A DNA stretch of 64,000 bases from Ascidiella aspersa (GCA_963924565.1 OZ004610.1:11904001-11968000), one strand, 5' to 3'; counted from the first letter of the stretch, positions 50,601 through 64,000 are shown. Notes: generated by a model from the sequence alone, not told the origin. Numbers and translations: made by a program.

Positions 50601-53600
50601 CTATATTGAAGGTTCACAAAGGTCTAGTATGTTTGAGGTTTACATTAACAGCAACCGTTCTCCTTTTAATAGGCCGATGCCAGAGTAGTTGAACTATGTT
50701 AAAGGAATTCAGGTTATCGCGAAACGTCGTCCCGCTCGTTTAGATAGGGATGTAGGTCGCCGAGATGACACGCGGGCGCTGCCAACCGGGTCAGTTTACG
50801 TTTCGATCTGCGCCGGCGCGTTTATTTACGCTCGACTTCCGCTGCGGCAACAGAGATTAGCGACGGAAAAATAGCCGAGGCCTTGTCGTTTGGCCGAAAG
50901 CACAAGCAGGGCTGGCAGGCGGCGTGATGCTTTTGCCTGGGGCGTGACCGCTTCGAATGCGTCCGGCCGCTAAAACGATCGCGCTTTGATTTGCAGCAGC
51001 GAAGCCTTTTCGCTCTCCTGCATTGTCAACTACGAACCGCAAGAGCTTCCGCGTGACGCAGATAGCTCGAAAAGCCGCGTTTCCTTCAGCTAAATATGTT
51101 TGCAGTTCGGCGCTGGGTGTTGCAAACGCTATGAAGTGCTGAAACGGTGTTTAAATTTTAAACGTACGCTGCGAACGGCATTTTAATGCATTTCGGCTCG
51201 CTTCTATTTGAAGCGTTTTGTTGTGAATGTCGATTCACGCACCACACTCCAGGGAATGAATTCGTTGTTGTCAAAATCTTTCGCATTATGTGGTTACATA
51301 CAAGCGCTAGTAATGCTGGAAATTGATGCCGTGTTGCACAATCTTTTGCAAGCCGGAATTAAGGCTGCAAGATACTGGGCCAATAGTTCGATTATCGCAA
51401 TCGGAGGCGTTCTTTTCCGATTGGCTTGGCGCGGTGTCAAGCGCAAACACAATGGGCAAAATTCGATTTAGTCTGTGGATGAACTACGTTCTAATTGTTG
51501 GTTGGCAAACTGTGGAGTTCAGACAGTCAGATTTCCGAAAACCAGTAGGTGTGTAAAGGCAATTTTATTCTACTGAGTGATTAGCGGTTAAGTGCAGAAA
51601 GGTGGACTGTGTTCCTTTAAAAACTTGGACGCAGTAATATCTGGGTCACCGGTCAGTCGACTTCCGTATTTTAAACGACAATTCCTTACGTCATAACGCG
51701 GTCGTATTGGCGCAATCGAGACGAAAATAGGCGCGCGATAGGCAATCTGTAACTGTAGCCAAGCGTTCAAACAAACCCACTTAAAGAATAGGCCCCCTTT
51801 CAACATCGAGCGCAGCACATATAGTGGTGCCTAAAGGGAGAGAAAGTTGCCTTATCGGGGACGTGCAATTAGCCCGTCACCACTTGGCGTGCAATCAACC
51901 TTGGGTAAATTCATGGGCACCGACCCACTTGTCAATCTAACGCAATCCCACCTGAAGCACTAAGCTCCTGTCGAAGTTGTAGGCGCTTGGTCGGCCTTCC
52001 AAGGTGCTGAACGCCACATTGCCCCCGGTCAGCGGCGAAATGTCACTGTAGTCGTCCGTACATAAGGCCTTTTGCTCGTTGGCAACGGTCACTATGCCCT
52101 GCAAGAAAACAAGACCTAACGTTTGCCACCTGTGTATGCCATAACAGATACGACAACATATCAACGAAAGGACAAATTATTCCTTTGGTTAGGAAAGCGA
52201 AAACCTGACGTAACATGCCACATAGTTGACACAGCACAGCATTTTACCAAAGGCTCGCGTTGCATGTTGCAACATAACAACTCAGATGGGGAAAAAACTT
52301 ATTTATATTCGTATTTTCAATAATAGTACTTACTGTAAATGTGATATACAATACACACTTTAAAAAAAATGGGAATCTAACCACATCTTTTGGTGCTGAC
52401 TATTGAAAGTAAAGAAGAGTGTAGGGCCTTAAAAAACATCAACCAGGTTAAAATAGGTTTCCGGTAGTTATAAATGGGGTTCTCTTACCTTGTTGTCAAG
52501 GCCGTAGGTTGAAAAGCAAGAGCCGGAATAGTACTGGAAGGGCTGCCACTCGCAGTCGTTGCAACTCTTCTTGTAAATTGCGAAGCTCTCAGGTCGCGAC
52601 GTGTGAAACTTTAGCCTCACGTAGGTGATGTCGAAGGACTTGGCTGTGTGATGTAATAAAGGCATGTTTGCATTCAATTTTGGTATTGACCTGCACGGTT
52701 CGCACGCGACAGTTATATGCATACGATTTGGCGACGACGTGTTATTGCGAGGTGCAACACAAAAAAAACTCGGTAGGCAAAGTGGTTATACGCTCTATCT
52801 GGTAACAATTGCTTTAACGCCTATGGTTCACGCGCCATTGACTTAAACGATAGCAATTTGTGAAGAAAAGTAGAAAAGAATGACATCCGTTCCCAGCCAA
52901 CAAAGAAACCGGAAATTTTGCCTGTTTTTCCACAATCAACAACCTACACCGGCAGCTGGATTGCATGCGGCCTAAAAACTTTACCAGCTGATTGCGCGTG
53001 GATTCCGCACAAAACCACCGCCACGGTTGAATCGCCCCAAGCTAGTCGGCACGAAATTTAAGCAGTTGCTGTTGACAAGGGAGAAACTGCGTTTTCGTGG
53101 TGCTTTTTATTTTCGCTTTAACAGTCTTTCTCGGTATACGAAAGTGACTTTGGGTGAAAAATGCGTTCGAGTTTACAGTTTCGCTGCAGTTGTACAGCTG
53201 CAACAGGGAATATTTGTTTGACCACCGCAGCAACAACGAACCAAGCCAAAATTTGTTGGCGTCGGCTGGAAATAATCAACAAAAGGCAGATGCCGCTCGG
53301 TCGTACGACGTTTCGGAGAACGCCCCGTACAAAGCCCAAGCACTCTCGCGCTGAAAACCCTATGAAAACGCATCGTCGGCATCGCCGGCCTTCGTTCGCT
53401 GAGCGACGGCGAAATGTGACCCGCCTTTTCTCTCTTTCTTTGGGGCGCCCGGCTACGTTTCTAGACGAGAAAGCGCGGCGCGCAGGAAGTCGCTTGTCTA
53501 GAACCATTCAGAGCAAAGAAGCGCGAATCGCCAGCCTCTACAGCAGTGCCGAAAACCGGCGCTCACTTGATGCGGGTGCTGATCGTAAGGTACAGGGGCA

Positions 53601-56600
53601 TGCGCGAATACACATCACTGTTTTTAAGTGCTGCAAGGGTATGTCGGTTGCGTATTTCAAACAACACTTACGGTTGCCTATCGCCGTTAATGGTGGCAAA
53701 CATTGGCGAGCGTTCAAAGCGTTTATGTGACAACTGAACCTAGAGGTTCATTATACAGGCGCTTCAAACACACAGAAGTGGCGCAATCTCATTGTATCTT
53801 TGAGGGGCTGAAGGGGCGGCGGCTTTTAAAACAGGCCAACTGCAAATACCGGCAGCTCGGCGAAGCGTCGATGGCCATCGAGCAAATCTAGGTCGAATCG
53901 AACGGTCAAGCCAAATCGCCGTTGTTTTTACGCGTGCTTTGCGAAAAATAAAGAAAAACTTTCGCCGCGCGCCTTGTGGGCCCAGGTAGGACGCAATCCG
54001 TACGCGAAAGGTAAATATTGTCCTAGCCGGGACATAAAATACCGGTGAAAATGAGAACGAGCAATGCAAAAAGGCGGCCATCTACTCGTTATACACTGGA
54101 TCCGAGAAAGTTGAGCGACACGCTAAATCTGGGTTAAGGACGTTTGGGGACGCTGCTGGTGTAAAATAATCCTTGCGAGCGCCATAAGGGCCATAAATCT
54201 TCGAGGGGTATTATTGAATTCTTGCAGACCACGTAGAAGCTTAACAGGCGACATATACTCAATGACGGGTGTGGCCGATCCAAATACAATACTATCTCTA
54301 ACTCCTTCTGCGCAATTTTGTGTAAAATATTAGGAGCGGTATAGCTGCGATAAACAACTTAACAAAAATCGCAGACGAAATTAATCAAACTCTGCGGACA
54401 AGACATCATCAATCGGCGGTCGAAAATTTATATCGACCCGACACAAATGATATTCCACTATTTATGCAGCAAATCCCTGTTAAGTACGGCGCTGTCAATC
54501 TTTCCAGCAGTGAAGAGAAGAGAATGACAACGAAGCGATAGCCAGCATAGCGTGGCGTGTCGGTATATGACCGACCAATTACAATTCGGATGCGGACAAT
54601 TCAACTGGGGCCTGAGAAAAATCCGGCCAAGTCTTTGATAAACGGATGTAAGGGGAGGGGACGTGCTAGCTCGCGCGATTTGAGCCTTATGTTGTTTAAC
54701 GAGGCGTGGGCGCTTATTTGCTGACAGGTTGTTGCTCGCCAAAATGACACACCATAATGGCGACGCGCATTTCTAAAAACCTGAGAGTTAATCTCTCAGT
54801 GAGGTGAGCTAAACACGAAACGCATCAGTCCTAAGCAAATCACAAGTTCTAAACTTGGAATGAAGATCAAAGCCGGCGCCCTGCGTATGCCATATGAATG
54901 CAATTATAAGCTAACTGCGCATGAGCGTCGATTCGCCAAGGCTGCCAAGAAAGGTGTTGCGTTTCAAAAGGTCCCGCCGACCATATATACGCACAGCGCA
55001 GAACACAGAAGACAACTGGCGATTCATTAGCGGCGCCACCGTGACAAAACACGTCGGGCTTAACGGCAACTTTTCCACTTTCGCCCATTGCACCGTACAA
55101 TGCACATCACACACACAGGCGAGAAATATGGCCTCAAATTTTGCCCAGCGTCGGGTTTCTAGGCCGCGCCATGGGAACATGAACGTTCGCAGGAATGCAA
55201 GCGACTCCGAGCCTGTCAATTATCGGGTTCGGCTCTAGGCCAAAGCCAACTCCAGCCTCCCTCAAGGCTTAGCTGGAAATGTCGCGCGGCGGCCTCGTGT
55301 GTAACTTGGTGGGCGCCTGCTAGCATCGCGACTGATGTATGTTGGGCCGCGTATTGCCCGTCACAACATTATCGCGTCGGCTGGAACAGGGAGGGGTGGG
55401 GAGGGGGACCGTGATCGCGCGCGCGCCTCGCATTAATGTGGCACGGGAGCCCTTTACATCTCGCTCTAATCGTGCGGTTACATTCCCCGTGGGAGGTCAG
55501 ATATGACTCTTGATGCGAAATTGAGCGTTCGCGCGACGATACCTAGTCGACGTTTCGTGAAAGGTTACAATTTCGTGCGCTTCTCGCGTTGACCTTAGCG
55601 ACCGTACAAGTCTTGTAGTTTATTCTGCACAGCTACTGCAAACACCGAATGTTTATTCTACGTCTTTGGACCTTAAAAGACGTACGAATCTTTTTAGGTA
55701 AAAAATAAAGTTTTCGCAAGTTGTGGGCATGTTTTCAGCGCAAGCGCGTTAGTTTCATATAGAATTCTATGGTTATACTTTCAATAATAGTTTGCATTGC
55801 CTTGTGAGAATGCAAACATGTTATGTAACTGGCACCTGGGGGCCGCAGCAATTAGCAGCTTGCGAATGACCGCCACAACACAACGGCACTTTACGATCGA
55901 AATCATTGTTAGCTGACGATATCAGCCGCTAAATAATCGCCCACTGCAAATTGGAGGGTGGCGCGTAATTTATTGGCCTTTTTGTGCGGAAAGACAAAGC
56001 GCGGCTTTGGAGCCGCTGAGAGACGTCGACGCGGTTCAAAAGCGCGTACCGCTTTGGCGCGCAAGGTCGTAAATGACCGACTTACAGGCCACTTCAAAGC
56101 TCTTTGAGCAGCCACTTTGAATCACACTTGCAGCCGTTCCTAACTCAATCCTAGCATAATGGTCAAGGTGGGAAGCGGAAGGTTTACCGCTTGCTTGTTC
56201 TTGGTTAGCGTATCACACAAGCATGAGCACCTGTCAACCGTTTCACGGGCATTTGAGTCGCGTTAATCAAAATGTCACGTTCCGAACAGTAAGAGCAACC
56301 GCGAAATTCTACCGAAGATCGAATAGGCAGCCGAGGCGGGTTGCGGTATCTTAGGGTTCGCCGCCACTAACTGGTTACGGTTCCAAGGGGAGGTAACAGT
56401 GAGGCGGAACGAGTCGCGCGTGCTGTGCGTCGCGCGCATAAGCCCAAGGCCGAAACACGCCAGGAATTCCGTAAATGCCCGTAGCTGGGCCGCCTCAATT
56501 TCGGGTATCGCCGTTTTTACGCGCAATGTTTATTCACAGCGGCATCCACGATCGCGCGCCTCGAGAAAACGAGGTTTTTATCTCGTTCTGGATATCGCCG

Positions 56601-59148
56601 TCCAATTTAGCTACTTCCGCGATCAAGTTATGGTCGCAAAGTTATCCCGGCGTTTTTCGTTAGACATTTACAGTTTTGCTTGATGTGTGTGTACGCCGAC
56701 TGTGGTTAATTTGCGGTGTAATTTGTTTAAAAATTGAATAAAGCCATAATTTAATTTAAGCGCAGTTATCGTTACGCTGGTTTGGCACTTTTATACAAGA
56801 AACGAATGGAAATGGCGCTCTTCGTGTGGAGTCAACCATTAGGCATAAACAAAGGATGTTGCTTCGACACAACCCAGTTTTCAGTGAAATTTTCAAGGGG
56901 TCACAGGAGTACGAAAAACAAGCTTACACTGGCAGGCGAAAAACAGAAGCCGGGTGCCACTTAAAACTGACCCCTGGTGGCGGCCAGAACTGAGATTCGG
57001 CAAGCGATTTAAATGACATCACTCAGCCTGAATGCTGACAAGACAATGTGGAACTGGGTTAAAAAACACACCGAAAGACGATTTAACAGGATGACACAAA
57101 AAACGACATTTCTAGCAAAACTGCTTATCACGTTCGCCGCACAACGACACCCGGGGGCTGATATGGCGTTGCATTTATTTTACCAAGTTGTTATTTAAGG
57201 ATGTTGCGGTCTCGTCTAAAAGCTCTTCGAGGTTTCCGGGCAGGGCGACCGACAAATCCAGTGATGCGCGGTAATGACACGAAGGCTCAATTTAAGCGTG
57301 GGTTAAGGCAGGATGCGACCGGATAACACGTCCATAATAAGGGCACTCTGGACGCTATGAAAACCACAATTAACCTTACGCCGTCGCCATTAATTGCTAA
57401 TCGCCCAACCGACTTAAACGCACTTGTGCTTAAGTAGTTTGCAGTAGGTTTACCAGTTCTCAGCGTACGACGCCGTTCGCAATATTATGGCAAAGGCGGT
57501 TTGTACGTACAATCGTTCTATTCATTTCAAAGCACCACACAGGTGACTGATTGCGGCAGATCGCCTTTTCTGCAGCTGCATCTAGCGCCGAGCGCGAAAA
57601 ATGTTGCATTCGGGCATTTCTGACATCGGCGGTTTCCGCGTGTTTCTAGACGGCGTGCTTCCTGGTTTTAAACTGCCTAGCGATTGTAATAAGTCACGAT
57701 CAAGGTGTTGCGATATTGCGCGTTGACGAACAGGCTTTATTTCTGAGCAGCCGTTAATATATATGTCCAGTTGTGTGATTACACAACTGAACCCCATGTA
57801 TACATATTTTAAAACTGGCGAAGCGCTAAACGCAGTATTACTCCAAAGAAATTACGGTTATGGGTTATAATTAAATTGAATGTGGCGTTTCTGGCGCTTG
57901 AAAAAGCCAGTAAAACCGAATTCTCCATTGCACCAAAAAGCTTGGCGTCGTTTAATGATCGTCTGGGGTAAATTTGGCAAATGAAACAGCAAAAGCAGGA
58001 TGTCGTAGGGCAGCAATAGTTCGCCAATCGATGGATATATTGGAATCAGTTGCCTTTGTTGGAAACGTAAAACAAATTGGGCGCGAAGTGAGGTGCCAGC
58101 AACGGCAGTAACAGCAGCAGTTAACTAGGTCGACCGGCTGCAGCCTCTGTATAGGAATCGGCGGTGCGCTAGCGGCCATTCAAGATCGAGACGCGAGAAA
58201 TTGCTTTCTTGTGTTGCGATCGGGCTGCAGACAATTGGCCTTTATTACACCACGCGACCGGGTAAAATCACCGCTGGGTACGCCGAACAAAGGCGCTTAA
58301 TATCTCGACCGTTGTGAAACCTATCTGCTTATCCAGCCGCAAACCCCCAAAAAACAAGAGTTGGGAAACTAGGACTTTGTTCTACTTGATTATTACAACA
58401 TGTGATACAATTATCCGCGTTTTTGGCTATAGTACAATTTCATGACATGATTACATTTGAAGTGCCGAGGTAATTCAACTGTTGCACAATGTCTGACGCC
58501 CCATACGTCGACATACTTGACATAATTAAGACTTTGGTGGGGTTATAAAATAAGCCCGCTTACGTATAGAGTGTAAATATCGTCCTTTGTACGTGCACCG
58601 CCTAATGGGGATATTTGTTTGGCCGGGTACCGGGGCCAAAGCAAACATAAGCACATATTGTACACAAAACCAGCGCACCTAACCGAGTCTTTGCCTAGTG
58701 CAATTGTACAGCACTTAGACAGTCACGTTGTAACACGACATAATGTAAATGTAAAATACTCACTTAAGTTGAGTGTGATGTTGACCATGGTGGGATATTG
58801 TACGTTGTGCAGCATCGTTTGTGACTGCCACCAGGTGCCTTCCTGCTCGTTGTTTAAATCCGTCAAATATGCGACGTCGTGTCGCTTGTCGCGCACGGCG
58901 TTGTTGCACATGTGGCAGGACTTTGTGACGCCGGTGACGCCGGTCTGCAGGCAATATTCCTCGGGAGGTGTACCGCAGGTGTTGCTGGCAACCACAGTTC
59001 TGCCGTAGGCCGCGTTTACAAACGGCGGCAGGCACCTTTGCGGCCGGTGGTCGGCCGTATAGCACATGTTCATTCTGGCCGTTGCGGACGCGCACAATGT
59101 CACTAGGCCCACCAGCAGGGCGTCGAACATTCGGAGATGGCAAATCAT
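30617..59148 (-). CDS. LAMC1: Laminin subunit gamma (gamma-1-like), complete 29-exon gene, ~1629 aa
   Basis: Exons 5'->3': 58764-59148, 52489-52643, 51952-52098, 50351-50481, 48858-49024, 43949-44137, 43481-43598, 42980-43084, 42578-42714, 41235-41351, 40748-40962, 40067-40217, 39448-39669, 38839-39033, 38134-38367, 37705-37791, 37017-37223, 35892-36029, 35476-35673, 34769-34971, 34246-34349, 33734-33874, 33345-33549, 32997-33098, 32755-32869, 32323-32522, 31916-32074, 31345-31444, 30617-30879. All junctions are GT-AG and phase-consistent; total 4890 nt. Signal peptide; LN domain ([94 protein letters not shown]); LE repeats; L4/LamB (YFVAPAKFLG); nidogen-site LE (NIDENAI); coiled coil after CPACY; short C-terminal tail. 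The start could also be the ATG at 59130. Confidence 0.95.
39448..41351 (-). CDS. LAMC1: Laminin gamma exons 10-13: L4 (laminin B / domain IV) globular domain
   Basis: [23 protein letters not shown]...[18 protein letters not shown]...GYLDNVHM...WVESC. Confidence 0.9.
40955..41077. repeat. 67-bp-period tandem duplication spanning a laminin splice acceptor
   Basis: AAACTTGGCTGAAA(G/C)CAT(T/C)AATTTAA(T/G)TTTCGTTAT..GATAAAG occurs twice. Confidence 0.9.
41420..41627. repeat. Intronic tandem duplication, 2 x ~96 bp, period 112
   Basis: GTCCGAAATCACA(T/C)TATGTAGTTTAAAAGGCTTTGGTCGG...GAATTACACAAAGCAAGT starts at 41420 and at 41532. Confidence 0.95.
50351..59148 (-). CDS. LAMC1: Laminin gamma exons 1-4: signal peptide and N-terminal LN domain
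   Basis: ORF-track fragments 58723-59163, 52468-52722 and 51937-52164, plus hand-translated exon 50351-50481, give the gamma-type LN motifs. Confidence 0.93.
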
Positions 59149-62100
59149 GTTTCTCGCTATCAAAGCAGCAGCACGCGATTCTATGTACGCTCGCTCGCCC
59201 CTATTGCCGGCAAAATCTTCGCGAACCTTTACAAACCACAGGAATCAGGCGGGCTCGGGGATACAAATTGCGCTTTACTTGAGTTAAAACCCGCTGCCAA
59301 CCAGTCTCTCCTTCGTCCGATCTGAATCAGAAACAAGATTCTTGCTAGATTACAAGGCACAGACAAAAAGTTAACCGCAGGCAGAAACAAACTGGGCACA
59401 GCTGATCTGAAGAGAGCTAGTAAACAACTGAAACACAAACGCGCGCTCACTGCTGAACTAAACTGACAGCACAATTGCCTTCTCGCTCCAGGTATTGTCC
59501 TGCCTTTTCCAAACCAGTCGCGTAGGAAGCGGGGAGTGTCTACACTGGCCGCTTGCGCCGATGCGCTTCGGTGCCTACTCTGCCCTTTTTTCTCTCCGGG
59601 CCACTCTCAAGATCATACCTGACGCATTTTCTCTCGAGGTATGCGCTGCGCTGTCTAGCGTTGGAAAATCGAAGCACGAAAACCTGGCCTAAAAAGCAAA
59701 AGGGCAACATTTAGTCGTATTTTGCTTCTTAGTCAGCTAATACATACGCTTTCGACGACGATTGTGTTCATACGGCCAATGCCCGGCGGTCCACATCTAC
59801 TTAAAATGGAGAAACAGCTTCAATGGACAAGGGCTGTTGTTGGGCGAGAACTCAAACCCCGGCTGCAAGAAAACGTAGGAAACCATAGCAGGTCGGTGCG
59901 ACGTATAAGGAAGTATTTCGTCTTATAAAGGTAAAGGCGCTGGAAACAAAAACAGCGGTTCCCGGCAAGACGGGAAAGTTGTCGCGTCTCGTGTTGTTGC
60001 TTGATTAGCCGATTTCCCAATTACGCTTTTTAGTGCTTGGCGCCTAAATTCATGTTGAACACTGTCTCTAGTTGCCCGGTGTTTTTTCGTTCTTTCGCAA
60101 AACCCTACGTCTATTCATTTATTAAATCTTTTGTTTTTAGCTAATGTTGGAACTCTTAATAATAAGGCCAGCATTTCGTTAAACGTGACTCAAAGAAAAC
60201 ACGGACATTCCAAAGCAATAATCTAGGACTAGGTGTTATCTCGATGCCTAGAATAGCATCAAACATGGATCGACTTTTTATTTTGACTTTAAAATGTGCT
60301 GAAACTTGCACCCAGAAGGTAGGTAGCCGCTAAACTATCAACCCTCGCAATATTTATATGAAAATATTAGGTTTGTTTGAATCAAATTATATTAGAGAAT
60401 CCAAAAATCTTTCAACACAACTACTACACATACAAAATGTCCGAATGCGCCCCGGCGAAGTTCTTTTGTTTTCGTGTGGCCTATATCAAAATTAAAACTG
60501 CGCCTCACTTGGTTCTCCGACGCGTCATATGTACGTCAACTGAGACCACCTCTGGCCACGTATCGTTTCACCAGCCCAAATTCGATCTTGAATCTCGCGT
60601 CAAACATCCACGACTCTGCGTGAATTCCCCCTGGGGTTCGTTTGCAGTTCGTTTTCGCATCTTCTCGGCGGAATTGTCGCTTTGCTAACGCGAGCAAACG
60701 ACTACGCGGTCGTTAATTGGTTGGCACACTGGTGCGAAATCTAACCGGTTAGTGTCGCGATCAAAAAGTTATCACACGGACGATCAGGGCGTTTTTTACC
60801 AAAGCGGCCATGGTTTGGTGTCTCTGGAAAAAACCCAGTAAAGAAATATCACGAAGTAATTAAAAGGAACTGAAAGTCGTTATGAGCATGATGCTCATTT
60901 TCTATTGATAACTTAAAATTAGAGTTTGCCTTTTCCTGGTAATATACGTTAATCTAAACAAACTCTGTAAGCCGTTACATTAGGTTATACTTGCTGCACC
61001 ATTTTGTGCTATTTAACACCGCTTAAATACACGCTTATCATTTTTGTAAGGCTATTACGTAACTGTTAAGTTCTAGGGGTAATACATGTTTGAAAACCGC
61101 ATGTTCTTGCTCAATTATACGTTCGGGATTTAGCCCATAGCGAAACGAATTTTCTAAACGTGACTGGCATTTATCGAAAGAAATGATGCGAACAATCCTA
61201 TTGTGTTTGACGCCGTTATAAGATATTTTTGGATGTGTGACATCACTACTTTGTGCGTGTCAAGGCTACACGATTCGCCTAAATTAAAAATATAATAGAA
61301 GAATACCACTTTAGAAAAAACTAAGATCGCTGTTTTTACATGGTTTATATTAAATATAATCCGTATTTTACTCGAACAATAATTACATTAAACTCTAGTG
61401 TAGTTCGAACTAAACTAAAAGATTTGAACCAAATCTTAATAGCACAATTTTAAATCTTAAAAAGCTTTGAAGCGACTCTAATTATATTTATTGTTATGTT
61501 ATGTTAAACAAGCAAGAACATGAACATCCCGTTTAGTCTGGGACCAGGTCACCTTACTGCCCCCCGGTCCGCAGGCGTGATATCCTGTTCCACCGCCAAC
61601 TACCGCCTTACGCAACCCGCAAACCAACAGTTACGATAATCACCCGAAGAGATTTGGGGCCACTTCTTAAAATAAAGAAAAAAACTTTGTGGGTTCCTCA
61701 TGACTTTAAAATGCTAAGACTGGTGCGATTACCACAGAGACTTTACAAACATCCACGCCAACCCTTTATTGCTCCACACCGCTAATTGACTTGCTTTTAG
61801 TGGGACAGGATGTTATGTGTAGTACGCCTAATAGACACATCCCCTAGAAGGGCTTAGATGCACTTACCCATGTGAAATCGCCAAGCAGCCCAACTCCGAT
61901 TCAATTAGAATAATTACCACCTCGGCGGTGTGTTGTGGTTGCAAACCTGGCGCTTATCTAACGGTGCATCGAAATAGGCTTATGGAGTTAGATCACGAGC
62001 CACGGCTGTTATTGTTTATCGATGGCATCACACTTATATTTTTGAAAAAGGATTTTTACAGGTACAACGCAGTGTTAACAGTGAGAGCAAACTAGAATTA

Positions 62101-63661
62101 ATTTATTATAGGCAAAAACTATATTGTGAAGAAAAATGTTGAACAACAGTTGCGGTGTAGGCCAAGGAATTGGCAAATCGTTATCTAACTTAAATAAATA
62201 AAACTCTTTTATTCTGTTCTACATTAACAAGTGTTTATTTCTACATTTTTTTCCCATATCCTGCACTTTTGGGAGATCTGTTCATTAAACTTCGAATCAC
62301 ATTTACCGCGATTAAAGATATATTAAGTCGATTCTGATATATCAACATTAAACCGTGATCATCAAAAAGTTTGTTGCAAATCAAAACGGATTTCTACAAG
62401 TCCTCATGAATGCCAAGGAGAAAAAATTGTAAGAATAGGAAACGGCGCGTTGAATTGAAATACGCCTACGCAGACGCGGAGAAAAGCAGAAACACATTTT
62501 CTCCATTGAAAGACCAATTCTTCTTTTTAGCGTCAATTTAACGGGATTTTCCCGACTGTTAATGTTAAATGTTTGCTGATAGCGTAAGCGAAAGGTGCGA
62601 TTTCCAAGCAAAACGCCGTTGAAACAAGGCTGTATGTCCAGCCCGCTGTCCGCTGCGTGGGCGCGCGGGAACTGGGTCAAATTCAGCGAACAACCGCCCT
62701 TGGTGAATAGGTGACGTAACAAGCGGTGTTGGCCCTCCTGGCTGGAGCCGCAACTTTTAACGCGCTCACAAACAAAGGAACAAACGTTCGCACTATTTTG
62801 TGCAAGCAGCCTGCGAGGTGGCAATTTGCCCGATAGCAACGATTGTTTTTATGGCTTACATAACTGCGAGAAGCGGCCTGCGGGATTTTGTGCTAAATAA
62901 CGTCAAAGAAAATTTGGACGCGGCGAACTAATGTAGATCGCTTATCGTGTAATAAATCCCTATTTCGTTTTCGATACAAAGAAGGTCGAACCTTTAGTCG
63001 GTTGATTATATTCATATCATCCATGAGTAGGGTTAAAAATCGGGACGCTTTTAAACGGTTACCAGATTCAGCATTTTTTGTGGTCATTCAAGTATGACGT
63101 CACAATAATCGTCGTAGCATGACGTCATAAAACATGTTGTTTGCAGTCACATTTTCGATCCAAAATAGAATTAAATGTATTCTAATTGTTTACGGAGAAT
63201 TAAAAAGTCAAATATAATTTGCGACGAAATACGCCTTAACCAATTTTGTTTGGGAGACATTATTTCATACGAAAAAATGAATTTTATCTAGAATTATCTT
63301 GATTGCAACAATCGTGCTAAGAAGTTAGTTATTCACCAGCATAAACTATATATTGAATTTTATAGAAACTACGTTTAATTATTTGCGAATTTACGTAATC
63401 GTGTACCACTTTTGGGTAGAAGGCTACTTTCTTCGAGAGGTCGTTGTTCGATTTATTTTTTACCAGCATAGCCTATACTTAACTATATAATGCGCTAACA
63501 GTCAACCTATCACAGGGCCAATCGTACATTATAGTGACTTACAATTACATTCACATTTAACGTAAGGAAATGAAAAACGTATAGTATTTGGCTACATTAG
63601 TTATCACTCTCATTTAAGTTTAGCAAAATACCGTTCACAACAATCTAACATCCGTATAAGG

Positions 63662-64000
63662 CAGTGGTTCCCAAACTGTGGTACGCGTACCACCGGTGGT
63701 ACGTGAGAGGCTTTTAGGTGGTACGCGACTAACTTCAGCATACGTATAAATTTGCGAAAACTTTCAACTTTTAAAACTTTAAGATTGGGTAATTTGTAAT
63801 GTTGCGTTTTGGTTACCTTTAATTTGAGGTTTCACACGTTTATGACGTAACACTTATCTTGTTCAAGATAATAAAACCCTAATTGTTAGCTGGTTTAGTA
63901 TGCATGAACTGATAGCAGCAGTATAGTATTGTCGCTCGTATGCATTGACCAGCTGTTTAATTTATGGCTTTTATGTCTTTCTGGAATGACGTTTGTTAAA
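63662..64000. mobile_element. hAT MITE left end; no right end within the window
   Basis: CAGTGGTTCCCAAACTGTGGTACGCGTACCACCGGTGGTACG; same GGTACGC subterminal motif as the 4844 element. Confidence 0.75.

Noticed and set aside
53161-53730. 189-aa + strand ORF and overlapping ORFs in laminin intron 1
   Set aside because: Arg/Ala-rich with no recognisable domain; ORFs are open in several frames, as expected by chance in GC-rich DNA.
48858-59148. Netrin or laminin beta identity for the LN-LE gene
   Set aside because: The L4 domain, nidogen loop, long coiled coil and gamma-type tail define a laminin gamma chain.
61700-61965. Possible degenerate tRNA/CORE-type SINE on the minus strand
   Set aside because: Only vague A-box-like and TGGGTAAG similarity; no B-box, tail or TSD.
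62381-63087. 152-aa and 64-aa minus-strand ORFs upstream of laminin
   Set aside because: No recognisable domain or splice structure; more likely upstream regulatory DNA (TGACGTCA motifs at ~63095 and ~63120).

Overview
Eukaryotic, intron-rich animal DNA, most likely a tunicate/ascidian. This is an inference from the short AT-rich GT-AG introns, TGACGTCA(C/T)A motifs, hAT-type MITEs and the mosaic CCP/VWA protein style. Three spliced genes lie head-to-tail on the minus strand; I traced their exons by hand with phase-consistent junctions. (1) A complete laminin gamma chain gene (59148->30617, 29 exons, ~1629 aa). (2) Gene A (27303->18837, 18 exons, ~923 aa), a secreted mosaic protein: signal peptide - 12-Cys Ly6/uPAR three-finger (LU) domain - 4 CCP - half-EGF + cbEGF - C-type lectin - 2 CCP - VWA. 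(3) Gene B (17607->beyond the left edge, >=32 exons), a paralogue with the same 12-Cys LU head followed by at least 27 selectin-type CCP domains, mostly one per phase-1 exon, still expanding by exon duplication. The most interesting element is the tandem LU-CCP gene pair, which fuses CD59-like, RCA/selectin-like, lectin and VWA modules. Introns of A and B hold several hAT MITEs with 8-bp target-site duplications. No CRISPR, rRNA or tRNA genes were seen.
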